Below, piece after piece: positions 11,670 to 27,577 of a stretch of DNA of 64,000 nucleotides. Where the stretch lies: assembly GCF_009914755.1 (NCBI RefSeq), contig NC_060928.1; one strand, written 5' to 3'. How positions within the stretch are numbered: the stretch's first letter is position 1; every line of letters begins with the position of its first letter. The notes under the pieces were generated by a model. That model saw only the letters and a list, made by a program, of their open reading frames with translations. It was not told where the DNA came from and searched no databases. The position numbers were made by a program, and so were the translations under genes. Source of the stretch: the human T2T-CHM13v2.0 reference genome, Homo sapiens.

Positions 11670-13506
11670 CTAATTATAAAGCTCTTATATTTGCTAGGAC
11701 AAGGAAAACAGATAAATGTGGGGAAAAAAGGCTCTGTGACAGAAAATCACTGACGCTAGCCCATAAAAGGAAAGCAATGGAAAATATCTGTAATAGAAAA
11801 TGGAAGACAAAATTTGATGGGTATTCCATCATCTGGATGCTCAAGATTAGAAAACACTAAATCTTACTAGAAAAATATTCCTAGGAGGTGGATAGAAAGA
11901 AATGTTCCCAATAGAAGCAGCACTCATATTAATAAAGGAAATGGCAATATCACATTGCATCTATGTAAAAAAAAAGACATCGCACATGAGTATTCAGACA
12001 TTGGCTTCAGCTGTGGCTGCCATCTGGTAGGTCACAGTGTGGGAAAAAATGAGAGCTGTGACACGGGGGAATAAGTCATGGGCTTGGGAAGTGTAAAATC
12101 AGAATTCAGTTATTGACTATGGTTGCTGATTTGCTATATGAACTTGAACATGTTGAATTCTTTAGTTCCTCATCTAAGAATGGGGGCTAATAAAATCTTC
12201 AGTAAGACAAGCAATGATGGATGAATGTCTGTGAATACTGAAAGCTTTTTGGACATATTACTATTTCAAGGCAAATTCAGACACTGTTTTTCTCCAGTCT
12301 CAGTTTTTCCCTGCATTCAAATATGGTTAAACTTCCTGTTATTTTGCAGTTTTATGAAGTCTGTGTATTATATAAAATTGCATTTCCCAAGCTGCTGAGT
12401 ATAGTGATTATTCTTGCCTTCCATGAGAAATTCTGCAGATAACAGAAATAAATGGAATTGAGCAGCTGCTAGCTTTCCCATTTTTTTAAAACAATTATGA
12501 ATGGTTTCATTTTGTGTCTTATTTGCTGTTCTTACATTCTTTTTTCTTGCAGCCAAGAACTAAAGACTTTCTGTTATAAGCCTATAGAGATTAAGAATTT
12601 AATTAAGAAGCAGCAGAACTTGTAGTTGGCACAACCCCCAGCAAACATGGTAGAAAAAAACACCACTGAGCAGGAAAGCCAACTGCAACCAGCAACCATC
12701 CCCAAAAATGCAGTATAAAAGAAACCTGGAGAGAAAAATCTGGCACACTGGAGAGACCACTCAACCCTCAGGGGGAATGCACAAAAAGTAACAGGCAAAT
12801 GCAGCTGATATGCAACATGGGAAGATAAACATGAGCTTTCCCATACACCTCTGGCAACTATGCAATTATCTCAGGCTCCATTGCTACTCAGGTGGGTAAG
12901 TCTTGCAGAGTGTTTACTTTCTACCAAGTAGAACTTTTCAATAGTGGCTTTGCTCATGTGATTCCAATAGCCTAAAACACCAATTCTTTCCATTTCCTTT
13001 TCCCAATTTATTCAGCACTTTGGTGGAGATGTCTTAAACCCTTTCCCAGTGAAAGACTTGCCGTTATATCTATAATAGAATAAAAATCTCATTATATCAC
13101 AATTATTTCGCTTCCTCTCTCCAGCCTTATGTGACATTCTTGGGAATGGGGATCTTATTCTCCTTCATGTCTGCACTGTTCCTTGTCCAGGGTTCCAGGC
13201 ACATAGTAGATGCTTTATAAAGGAACAACCTCTCGGCCTTTGGATAGAAGTTCCATTTTTAAAAGAGATAAATGTGTGACTGAGTGCCATTCATCATCAT
13301 TACCTGACATAAGACTAAGTACATTTCCTTTTCTTCAGGAACTTCATTGGTGTTAATGGAAGCTTGCACACTGCCTCCTTCAGAATTCACAAGTAGCTGC
13401 TCACTCCTCATATTACTACAAAGTCAGAATAATAAAAGCATCTTACATCATAGACCTGGCATTGGATTAGCTCAGTGGTGCGTTTTCCATATAAAGGCCA
13501 ATAAAG

Positions 13507-13864
<358 letters not shown>

Positions 13865-15189
13865 TTAAATGAAGAGAAAATGTTGTTCTGATTCAAAGCC
13901 AATTGATCGTTTTCATTGCCAAGATGTTCCATTCCAGCATCTTCTTTCCACAAAGTGACCTGATTTTCAGGGAACTAAAGATGCTGACTTTTTAGAAAGA
14001 TTTCGGGTACTCTCATCTAAGACGTGAATTTGGGGAAGGGGCATGTCCAGTATTGAAGTAGTACAGTGCTTTGTTTTTGTATCAGACCCACAACTCTTAA
14101 CAAATAAATGGGAAATCTAGAGATAAATTTCTAGAAAAAAATCTACTTGGGCTGTGCTAAAATAATCTGGGTGAATTTTAAATTGAAGCTGCCAGATACA
14201 TTACATTTTTCAGCCAAGTCACTAATATCAGTACACGATGCCAAATGCTGACTTGTAAAAATGCTGCTCATTTATGAAATTATACCCATTAAATAACACC
14301 CTAGTTTTCATTTTTAATAAATGAACAATTACATTGGCAATTTAGAATTATATCCTGTCACAATTCATGGACATTGAGATACAATTTTATAGAAGTAAAG
14401 CAAAGATTTTCTTCCTTTTTTTTTTCTTTTTACATTTATCTTACTTTATCATCTCCACAAAATGCCTCATTTTGTTTCATGCCTGGTGTTATTTGGGCTT
14501 CATTGCCGTCTGTGAAGTAATAGTGAGCAATAATTTACTCAGATTTCAGCTAATGTCTAAACTAGTTAGTTTGTTGCTTCTCCCAGGGAATTTCTGGAGA
14601 AATGCAAATTTCTCCAGAACATTTTAAAAGACTTAGTTGTCAAAGCAGGTGCAGAGGACTGATGGTCATGCTTAAGAGATTAACTCATATGGGCACTGGT
14701 TTCCTAGAGAGGTGCTAGAAAGGCACACAGACGTCATGAAAGGAAGGACTGAAGCCCACACCCCCCAAAAATTCTGCTTACTTTATCATCTAGGGATATA
14801 ATCTACAATGACAGAGTGTGCTCTGTGGTTGAGGGGATGCCTGAGAAGTATATGAGTAAGGGAAAGCACAATAACACTTTTGACTATAACATTAAGGGTA
14901 ACATTGAAAGCAGCCATCTCTAAATTTTTTATCAGTCTACAACTTGGCTAACCTGTGTATGCCCTATCAAATTATTTGCACACATAAGCAATTAGAAAAT
15001 TTCTTTGAGGATGATGGCTTTGATAAGTGTATATATAATGTACATATACTGCAATTAGTCATAATAAACCCTGGGAAGTAGAACTTAGGGACAGGAATCA
15101 TAAAACAACACATACATTGTCTGAACTTTTGCAAAGAGCAAATATTTTCATAAAAAATAAAAATTAATTATAGTAGTCAGTCTTATTTT

Positions 15190-16930
<1,741 letters not shown>

Positions 16931-18044
16931 TCATTTTAATATTCTCTTATAACAAAGTTTATTATATGGAGCACCTAGCATAGAACTGAAATAATCTGCA
17001 CAAATGCTCATGTGTGTTAATAAAATTGTGTAGTTTTAATATTGTGAATATTTCATTGTAAATTCCTTACTGCCTCTACTAAAACCCAATAAGAATTCAA
17101 TAACTATTAGTAAAATAATCTGATTATGATATATAAATGTCAACCTATACCAAAAAAGCCATATAGAAAGCTTCCTATTTACCAAAAAAAAAACCACTTT
17201 TTAAAAATGTCATTGAAAAGCTACTTGTACGTGAATTTTACATTGCCAGTGAAAATAACTTACTTTACAAACATAATTGGACATCATTGCCATCATTAGG
17301 ATAAGCACTGATGGTAGAAAGATGAGTAAAAACTTGATTTTGATTTCTATCCTGAATAATTTTTTAAGGTAAAGGAAAAAAAAGAAGATAAACATTCAAT
17401 TTGTAATTCAAGTGTGCTAAATGTTATAACAAACGTAAAAGCAAAATGCTGAGAGAACAGAGAGGGAGGTTCTCAGGTTAGTTAAAAAAGAAACTGCTGA
17501 TGTAGCCCTATGAATAATCTACTTCTTCCAAAATATTTAGAAAACATTCTATATTTATAACAAAAACTGACAGAAAACCATGATGTTGCAATACAAGTAC
17601 ATTAGGGAAGGAGTTCATAATTACTGGTAAATAGGATTTTCATTTACTGTGAAAATCTAATGTATGTGGAAATACAGTTTTAATTAGACCCAAATATGAG
17701 AGAATTAGGAAGAAACATCTTCAAAGATTCTAGGATTTGAGATCTCCACTACTGCACCAAAATTCACATTGTCATGATTTTACTTTTATGGCTAACCTTG
17801 TGATTATATATATCAGTGATAACTAATGTCAAATTTTGACTTACAAATACAATGAAGAGGAATGGAGAAGAAAACGGGCAGGTAGTAGATTTTATTTAAG
17901 GCAATTAACCAAGCATTAGAGGGAAGGGGAAAATGAAAAAATATTAAGGAGGAGTATTTGTGCATTGTAGAAGACTGTGCAGGAAAAAGATGTGCTCATA
18001 AGATACCCTTATACTTATTGTTTATTAATATAAGTAATCTCTTC

Positions 18045-18275
18045 AATTTTATGGTTTACAAAGTGCTTTCCCTTGTTGCACCTCACCTTGTTCTCTCTGT
18101 AACTTAATAAAGTAGTTATTGTTAGGACCACTAAAAAAAAATCCAAAACTCAGATTCAAAATAATGTGACATTGCATACCCAAAGTCTCTTACAGAGTAA
18201 ATGATAAAGCCTAGGTCTCACACCCAAACACGTGTTTCCAAGTCTAGAGGTTTTCTCGCTGTTTCATCACAGCCT
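18045..18275 (-). mobile_element. MIR remnant
   Basis: 'ggtttacaaagtgctttc...cccaaagtctcttacagagtaaatgataaagc...tccaagtctagag'. Confidence 0.55.
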
Positions 18276-20896
18276 TTATTCTTGGGAATGTTCAGCTCTC
18301 AGAGAAATAGAAGAATTATATGAACCCCTAATTTCAATAAGTCCATTGACTTTTCTTCTGTACCAATATTATTTTACACATGTATAATGCCTGATTATTT
18401 TTTACACTTAATATTCCAATAACTCCTTGGAACACAACAGATGTTCAAGTGCCATTCCATTAATAACTGTATGTTTCTCCATGTCTAGATCTGTTAAAAT
18501 ACCATGTGCAAAACCAAACTGATTTTAGGATAATTACTGCCTAATTTCTGGAGTTATTGAATTATTAACTATTGTCCGATCAGAAACATTGAGAATGAAA
18601 TATTTTGACTGCTATTTTGGTCTTCTGATTAATTTGCCAGCATCATAGAAAAAGACTCTGTGCTTATTGAGGATAAGAAATTGTTTCAATTTCTCTCCTT
18701 GGTATGTAGCTCCAAATCTGGCACAGAATAGACACTTAATAATTGTTGAGTGAGTGGATATATGAATGAGTGATAGATGTCAGAAGACTATAATTATATT
18801 AATTTGTAATTATGGCTAAAGTATTAGTGATAGTCTACGTAGAATTACATTACTCTTTTCTATGATGATAATCTCTAGGTATTAAAACAAACAAAAGTGC
18901 TTGGTGAAGTGGGTGGGTGGATGGTGAAGTGCTAAGGAACCCAGAATCTGGATCTCATTTTCTGACATTTTCACTGGATAAAATAAGTTGAAACAAGAGT
19001 CCTTCCCTGCCTGTCTCACTGGGGCTTTGGCTTCCTAATTTAAGGTGAATGACTATTCATGTCATACAAATCATCCCACAAATGTACACTTTTATTGCCA
19101 AGAAAATGATTAATTTAAGCAAGGAAAATTTTAAAATTGGAATATATGCTTTTGATCTTAAAAACTAAAATAAACTACATAACCCTAAACTTCTTATCAA
19201 AAAAGTGAAACTATCTTAAACTAGTTAGGATCACTAAAATAAATCTTAAACTATCAAGTTCTGACAATTCTGATCAATATTTTCTGACTCAGATTTTATA
19301 AAATGAATCTTTCTTTCTACACTCCTACTGCCAAGCAGATTTTTCTTATGGCCAAGGGTACAGAAATCTACATGAATATTTTGGATATTTAAGTTACAAT
19401 AAACATACCAAAAAAAAAAAAAAAAGACTTTTCTAGGTGTAATGTATTTATTTGCCCCTAAAAGAGAAGGAGAAACCTCCGTGAGTCTGTGTAATTTCAC
19501 ACATCTTCATCCCCTGGTTTATATGTTTAATTCAGGGTATGTGTGGGTATAGCAAAGCCTGAAGGAATACGCTGCCTAAATCCTCGCCCTGCAGTCCTAA
19601 AGCCCTGGTGAATTTTGAGTTAGCTTTCTTCATGTCTCTAATGGCTAAATTTTAAAAAAGAAAAAAGATGAGGAAAAAGCCCTGCCCTGCAATTTATTTT
19701 CCCTTCATTCTCCTTTTCTTGCCACCCTGATTCCCACTTTCCTAATCTTTTCCTGCACAACAAAAAGTTGATGAAAACACAAAAGGACATAAGACAGAAA
19801 ACCTAAGCAGTATCTGCTTTCCTTCTCCATAGACTACAGAACAGGATGCATGGGGAAATTAATGTCGGTTAACCCATGTGATCATAGCTTTTGGGAAGCT
19901 GTAGCCTGGAAACAAATCACTTCCCCTAAATGAAATGTGAGAAGATTCCACCCAGAGACAAAACGCAACCATTAGAATGGCAAGGAGCACAAGGGTGTCT
20001 GGGGTGAAGCCTGTCCAGAATCCTTAATGTGTCTGAAAAGCCCCAGTGCTGTGCAGCAGCCTGAGTCTGGCTAACCTGGGAGAAGGATTAAAGCCTGCAT
20101 TTGAAGCTTTGAGAAATCACCGTCTGGATGTGACATTGTTTAAAATATTTTCTTTCTACTATGTAGTTTTAAAAGGGCTGGTAAACAACAAGGGAGCAAA
20201 TCATACATGAAAGTTACAAGCAGGGCGCAATTTAGAGTCACTCCATTCTGATAAGAATTTACACAGAAAAAAACCGAGATCATCAAAATTCAGATGGATG
20301 AATGCATGCATTAACATGAGCTCTTAAAGACAAAATTCTTCTGATTTTTCAATTAGTGCTTTTACTCAGAATTAAACCTATTGTGAGAATAAACATCATA
20401 CTCCTACAACTCCATTCACATTATGATGCATGAATGATCGAGCCGGAGAAAGGCATGGTAACTTTGCATTTTATTAAAGAGCAAAAGTTCTTGCTGGTTT
20501 AATCTAAACTGTTATTTAACTGAAGGGAATCAGCAATTTTCTTCATGTCTCCCTACTGAGAACCAGAAAACACAACAATTGAAAGTTAAGAAATAGCAAA
20601 ATCTGCATCATCTCCCAAATCAGTTGAAAAACTGCCACATGCAACTGACAAGTTTATTCCTTATCAAGGGCAAGAAGAACTCTCGAGGCATCTGACGGCC
20701 AGAAAGTGGACAGGAGCAGTGACAGCACCCCTTGGTAAGATGGTTGTTGCAGTGAAGGTGACTGGACAGGGAGTGTGAGTTAGAGAAGTCCTTGGGGCCC
20801 TGTCATTATGACTGTGCACTCTAGTCACCTCTGAAGAAGGACTAATGGAGACTTCCAGTATTAAACCTGAGGTATATACACAGTGCTGTTCCAGAC

Positions 20897-21091
20897 CAGA
20901 AGTCAGCAAGTATTTTCTGTTCAGAGCCAGGTAATAAATGTTTTAGGCTTTTCAACTCATATGGTCTCTATCATGATGGTCAATCTCTGCCACAGACAAT
21001 ACAGAAATGAATGAACGTGGTTGTGTTCCAACAACATTTTCTTTAGAAAAGCAGATGGCAGAACAGATTTAGCCCAGTTTGACAATGCCTG
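20897..21091. mobile_element. MER58A-like hAT-Charlie MITE
   Basis: Termini 'cagaagtcagcaa'...'tttgacaatgcctg'; 8-bp TSD ttccagac/ttctagac. Confidence 0.8.
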
Positions 21092-21749
21092 TTCTAGACT
21101 GTTCTGTATGGAAGGAGTTTCATAGTGCTACTGATGAAGTTTCTCAGAATTTCCTCCATGTAACATAAAGAACAGAACAAGGGAAGTCTACATAAATAAA
21201 TACTTGTACTAAAGACAGCATGGATGAATACAGAGATCAGAAATTAGAGACACAGAGAGTTACAGGACCTAAGTCATTTCCAAATTATTGAGCAGAGAAT
21301 AAGAATACTCTGTAATGATTAGTAAGGTCTTTAAAGCAAGAAACCACCATCTTAGGTCACATGTAACAACAAATTAGCATGCATAGAGGACTCTTTATAT
21401 TATCCCTTACCCATCCCCTCAATGTCATTGATTGAAGTTTATCATTAGTTTCGATTCAGAATGATTAAGAGGCAGGAAAGGACATTCTCCAACACTCATT
21501 GTTCATTGTCTGTAACATATAATGAAATATAGGTCTTATTAGAGAGTTTCTATTTAGTTATTCCCATTTTGCTATTTTTTTTAAATGCTGAGTTTCAGAA
21601 GCCCTTCATGTGTTGTTAAACACACCCATGAATAAGGCATATCCTACCCACCTAATACAAGCAAGATTTCAAAGCCCCAGATTGCCTGAAGGGAACAAGT
21701 TCTTTTAAATTGTTCACTAATGTTTCACTTTCCTCCTCATAGAGCTCAT

Positions 21750-22740
21750 ATTCATGGCTCACTACCATAACTACTTTCATGGAAACATCTTTGCTAATCC
21801 CTCTTTCTTATGTACTCACTCCGGAAAACACTATAGCAATTCAATCCAATAATTTGCTGATTCTACAACTGCACATATTAAATAGCAGGACATGGCTAGA
21901 GAAACTTTTACATTTCAATTCTACTTCCTTCAAATTTAAAACCAAAATCTCAAATAAGCCCTTAAATCTTGAGACAGGTTGCCCACGTAGTAATCTCACT
22001 CTTTTACTCCCCAAAACAATTTTTTCTATGTGCACCTAAAAATATCCAGCATGTCTCCCACCTTCACTAACAAGTGGTGACCTTATTATATACATAAAAA
22101 GAGGCAACCGTATGACAACTGCTTTATCTTTTCACCATAACCCCTCCCTACCTAGGTCTGTGGCCACAGAGCTAATTTATCCTCTCTCCTGTTAGGAGCA
22201 AAAAAATAGTTCCTTCTATCTAATCAACACCACCACTTGTGACCTAGATCAAGCCTCCTCTAGCCTTTTCAAGGACTTTGATCCTTCAGTTTTCTCATTA
22301 TACTGCATCAGCATTTTTTCTTTCTCTTTTATGTCTTTTCCATTACATCAACTTGCCTTATTATCACCCAACTTAACCTTCCCTATACTCTATTAAGATG
22401 CAATTTCCCACAGCAAAACTCATCAAAAGGTTGTCTATAGCATCCTCACCTTCTATCAACATCTAGCCCAATGTCTAATCCTTAGTGAATACGTGTTATT
22501 TATCAAATAAATAACAAATAACACCCCTCCTCTAGGGTTCACAGCATAATATAGTATCTCATACACATCTTCATTACAGTATTTATTACTATCTATTATT
22601 AGAGATTTCCTTCTGAGTTATGAGCTCATAGAAAAGCAAGTGGTATATGCTTCACCTTTGTGTTCTAGAACCTAGTCCAAGACCTGACACATGTTGGGCT
22701 ATTGATACATGCTAAAGGAGGGAAAGAAGGAATGGAGAAA
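21750..22740 (+). mobile_element. L2 LINE fragments
   Basis: 'cacttgtgacctagatc...ttttcaaggactttg...tgcatcagcatttttt' and a 3' end 'tatgagctcatag...cctgacacatgttgg'. Confidence 0.55.
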
Positions 22741-23649
22741 GGAAGGAAAGAAGGGGCTTATAATATATTGCTATTAGGTAAAATATGCACTACAAATGTT
22801 TTTTCACCATACAAAATATAAGAGAAATGCAGCTAGAAACAAATAGGGAGTGACTACTTTGAAACTACTACCTGGTCCAGTGTGATGATGATGTATAAAG
22901 GATTAATAGAAAACTGATAGATTAGGAAATCATATCAAAACCCAACAATATAGAAATCTATATACAAGGTTGGACCCAAAGCTTAGGCAATACCTATAAG
23001 GAGATAGTCCTGTGAACAAATACAAACTTCAAAGTGATATGTAAGCATGCAAGCAGCCTTTTAAAAAATCTCTGTGCATACATTAATTCTGCTCTGCTTC
23101 CAGTACAATGCATGGATTACCATAGAAGCAGCTGCAATTTTATGAGCAAAAGGCCCAGGAATTAGGCATAATACAAGCATGAAAACTTACCAATCCACAT
23201 TTCCTTGTAATGGAAGAAATTTGATAGGTTTAATTTAACACATGAGCAATATTATTTTCTAAAAGTGACCACAGTATTTGAATAATATTTTTTGGTGGGT
23301 GTTATACGGTTGTTATTTCTGTATGATTGCATTTACAATTAAGTATTCTCTCCCATCCTGCTTTTCTTCCTCTTTCTCCTCCTCCATTTTTCTAACATAT
23401 CAATATGGTGAAGTTAAGCAGAGTTTTGAGTTCCCATGTTATGATTATGCAAAGCTCCGTCACGTACCTTATGTGACAAATACCTGCTGAAACTCAAAAG
23501 ATGCATGACTTTCCAGGATTTAGCCATGGGATGGCTTTCCTTGAAAGAATTTTCTGGGCCATATAAAGAAGATCAGGGAAAAGAGAAAAGGGAAAGGGAA
23601 ACACCTCCGGCTAAGCTACTGGAACTTTCACTCAACCTAGCATCTGTGA

Positions 23650-23882
23650 TGACAAGCAGGGATTTTAGCAAAGCTACCGGTGTTTGAATCCTGGCTTTAG
23701 AATTTTTTTATGACCTTGGTCAAGTTATTTAATTTCTTTTGTTCTCTATTTTATCATCAGTAAAATAAGAATAATAAATAATAGGGTCTATTTTGTAGAC
23801 ATGTTATTAGGATTAAATGATCGAATATTACCAAGTGCTTAGGACAGTACCTAACAAGTGGTATGCGGCACTTCAGTGTTGG
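23650..23882 (+). mobile_element. MIR SINE
   Basis: 'tttgaatcctggct...tgaccttggtcaagttatttaa...aggattaaatga...aagtgcttaggacagtacct'. Confidence 0.8.
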
Positions 23883-24639
23883 TGAAATGTAACAGATATT
23901 TCTAAGCAGCACAAAGTGGTAGACTATTATAAATATTATCCCTGTTAGGCAACAAGTGGACAAGAAAATAAGTGACTCATACAAGATCGTGCCCAGATTA
24001 GGATCATTTATGAATAATAAATATTGCTATATCCCCAGGTGCTACAATAATACCTGTTAGGTGGTCTATGGATGTTTGTTGTTCTAAAGCAAGTAAATGA
24101 TGCTAATAAAAAAAGTAAACAAAAAGTAAAAATGGATATTTGTTGCGTGAATGAGCATGATCCTAGGACTTAGATTAGGACTACGCTGTCACTATCCCGT
24201 CTGAGGCCAGAATTATAATCATTTGGATAAAATAATTGAAGTGGGATTGCATCTAAGAGCAAAGTCCTACAGATGGATGTTAGGACGAGGTAATTGGAAC
24301 TTGTGGTAGGTGCCTGTGTCTCAGGGGATACCTGACAAACCAGACAGGCCCAGAACAAGAAACAGATGGGATCAAAGCTGGAAACCAGTCAGAACAAAAT
24401 GAAGTCCGGATGAGTTGTGATCGGTAACAGACATAAAATAGCACAGTCTCAGCATTTATAGGGACCAAAAAGTTATCAAAGAGTGTGTTTTTCCTTGTTC
24501 CTAAGATCATGTCTACATATCCAAAAATGTGGATGTGCCTTCCTGATTCAATTCTTTCTACAAAGGGGAACAATGCCCTCCCAGTGCAATAGAATTTATT
24601 TTTGGATAATTTTAATCAGTAGATTGTTCTTTAATATGT

Positions 24640-25720
24640 TAAACCCTAGCTCCATATATTTCATTAACCAATTTTTCCTAGGTCTGCCCTCTAAAGCTTC
24701 ATAATATAGCAGATAACTTCTATGCAATTATTTTTCACATATATGAAACCACAAATATAGCTACCTTATTTCCTAGGAATCTTCTGTCCTCTAAGGAAAT
24801 TATTTCCAGTTTCTTTCACGGTTCTTTATGTAACATGGCTTTTTTGCAGTCCCTTTACATTTCCCATCTCTGTCTTCTGGATAGTTGGTAATGTCCCTAG
24901 CAAAATGTGGAGTCCAGAACTGAAACTATTAAAAAGGATAAAACTAAGCAGTAGTGTCAAAAATGTCAGGGGTTATTATCTCCATATACATGGACCATCT
25001 ATATGTATTAACGAAAACTATTTGCATTAGATCAAGGCCAACACAACTTTTCATAAACGGCCAGATGGTAAATATTTTTTGCTTTTTGGTCCTCAAATTC
25101 CTCTTGCAATATGCAGTTCTGTTGTAGCATGACAGCAGACTTAGGCATGCTGTAAATGAGTAAGTACAGTTATGTTTCAATACCATTTCATTTATCAACA
25201 GATGGTGGGATTTAATTTGCTAACTCCTGTATAAAAGCACTCATATCCTTTCCATCAACTAAAGTTTCTAGGCTTTCTTCATATCATGTTTCTAAGCTAT
25301 AGACCTCCAATGTTTACTTGAAAAGGACCATGTCTACCCTTATTAAAATTTTATAATTAGACTTAGCCTGTACATCTAACATGCTATGATATTTTTGAAT
25401 CTGATTTTATTAGTCGTTATACATAAAAGCGCCTCTTTTCTACATCATGCCATCTGCATATTGGCAAATATATCCTTTCTTAATTCTAATGCAAACTATT
25501 GACAAAAATGTCAAATGGGACAGGGCCAAGAAAAGAACCTTTGCCTCCAAACTCCAAGTTAACAGAAATCCATTAATAGGCGTCCTTTGGATGGCCTTTA
25601 ACAAGCTAGTATGGATTAATTTTACCACCTAGCCTACATTTTCGCATCATATTCATAATAGTGAGAAACTGTCAAATATCTCAATGGAGGGCAAAAGCAG
25701 TATCTATATTACTTTTCCAA
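24640..25720 (-). mobile_element. L3/CR1 LINE reverse-transcriptase remnant
   Basis: Minus-strand translation gives GSFLGPVPFDIFVNS and QYADGM, matching the CR1 RT motifs GSVLGPVLFNIFIND and FADD. Confidence 0.75.
25033..25229. mobile_element. MER58A-like MITE inserted in L3
   Basis: 'ggccagatggtaaatattttt...gttgtagcatgacagcag...tttgctaactcctg'. Confidence 0.7.
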
Positions 25721-27188
25721 TATTATGAATTATTACCTCAACAAAAATATCTAAACTGAAATCTTTCTGTGAAACCTAGTATGAAGTTTCTCAGTATTCT
25801 GAGGCTGTAAGTTTTTCAGTTTTCCCTATCCACTTAAGACAAAACAAGTACAATGTTTGAACTTTTAAGAAGTCAAATTGCAGCTTACACAATGAAGAGG
25901 TTTCTAAAAGGTATGTGCAATTGGAATGAATTGTGTCACCAGGAAGTGTGGTTTCCAGTCATTGAATGACAAAATTTAAGGATACAAGAGCAATTCTTGT
26001 ATTAAATAAATAGCAGAATAGATAACAAGACTGTGCCTATCTCTGAGAGTCTATGAATCGAAAAGTTTGTTCTGCCAAATAATCATCAAGGGCTTAGCAG
26101 AGAAACAGCCCTTGTCTTCCCGCTGATATCTTTTAGCTGGAAGGGAGGTAAAATACACAGCAAATAGCTATAGCACATATCTCACTTTCATTATCAATCC
26201 CTTGTTATCTGCTGCTCCTGAGATTGTACCAGCAATGGCTCCAAAAGACAGGATATAGAATGAGATTGAATTTCAGAAAGCCTAAAAGTCATGAAATATT
26301 TATTTTTACACAGGAAAAGGGGAATTGGAATGATTCTTATTTGAGATCTAGTCATTTAAGTTATGCCCGTAGCCTCAGCAGGATCAGCCCACAAAGGACT
26401 TCAGGTACGCCACCCCTCTACTTTGTTTGGTATATTTCCCTAGTCATAATTTGTATCAAGAATAGTGCAGTATTTTAATTAATAGCACTATTGCCTGCAT
26501 TGTCTGTAACATTTTGAGGTAAGAGGGTGGACTGAGGCAAAACCTTCATTAAACTTTAAAAGGTTGGCTTATGATTATGTGTAAGAATCAAACTTAGATA
26601 ATTACTTCTCAAAGCCATTTTCATCAAAATCTATTCATTGGGTGTTAATTGCTTTTTCTAAATACAAAAGAAACACAAAAATACAATCACTATTTAAACC
26701 TTGAAATTACGATAACATTCAAAGGCAGTATAGTAACTTGATTAAAATGCAATCATGAATATAGTTTTATCAGAATTTCTAAATAAAAAATCCCTGCTTG
26801 ATTGCCTAATGTTTTTGAATTCACGTGGTGTGCCAGACATTTGGCAGCATATGCTTGATCACATTATTTCTACTATCCATGAAAAATCCTGGTATACATT
26901 TCCTGGTGAGTAGAATGCTATTTACTTTTTTTCTTTAGTATTTCCTTCTTCTCCCATCAGAAGCGTTTACATCAAGGCCCTTCAGTATTGCCACAGATCA
27001 GAGAAGTCATAACCACGAAGTTCATTCACGGAGTTTGGGGTTATGAAGCTTGTTATAATAACAATCACGGAGTGTGGAACAAGGAAGAAACCAAAGTAGA
27101 GTGAGGGCGCGGTATAGCTTCTCTCCTGATTTTGCCATATTTTTGCCAGTAAGTCACAATTCCTTTTTGAGAATGACAAACTGCATTT

Positions 27189-27498
27189 TGTGAGCATTTT
27201 TTTTATTCTGCCTATTCAGAATATCATTCTACTTCGGGAAAACTGTTTTTCCCTATCTGTTATCATGTGGACAGGTGGAGGTTTCCAGACACAGTTCCAC
27301 TCCTACTTTTATCTGACCACTCAGCTGGAACAATCAAAGGACTGCTCACTCTCACCCTAGTAATTGTATAGAACATGGGTAGATCATCCAGGTTTTGCCA
27401 ATTGAATTTATCCCAGGACTTTCTGAATTAGAAGCTAGTTCTTCAAAAACAGACTGGAGGTTAGAACTGGAAGCCATGAATTATACTGAGTAGAGAAG
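27189..27498 (+). mobile_element. Old ERVL/MaLR-type LTR, 5' part (apparent 3' part at 32701-32881)
   Basis: TG start and LTR33/LTR16-like motifs; the downstream piece ends 'ttgggtttctgtcatttgcaagcaaaaatctggaataatac'. Confidence 0.45.
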
Positions 27499-27577
27499 GG
27501 TATGAGTTAAGATGCTCTTGGTTACAGTTCAAAGGAAAAACTAAACTCGAATTCTTGTACATGTAAGTGGCAGATAA

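Noticed and set aside
11283-11753. 156-aa and 85-aa ORFs with poly-E/G and poly-K/E runs
   Set aside because: Translations of the AluJ and the GAA/GGA microsatellite
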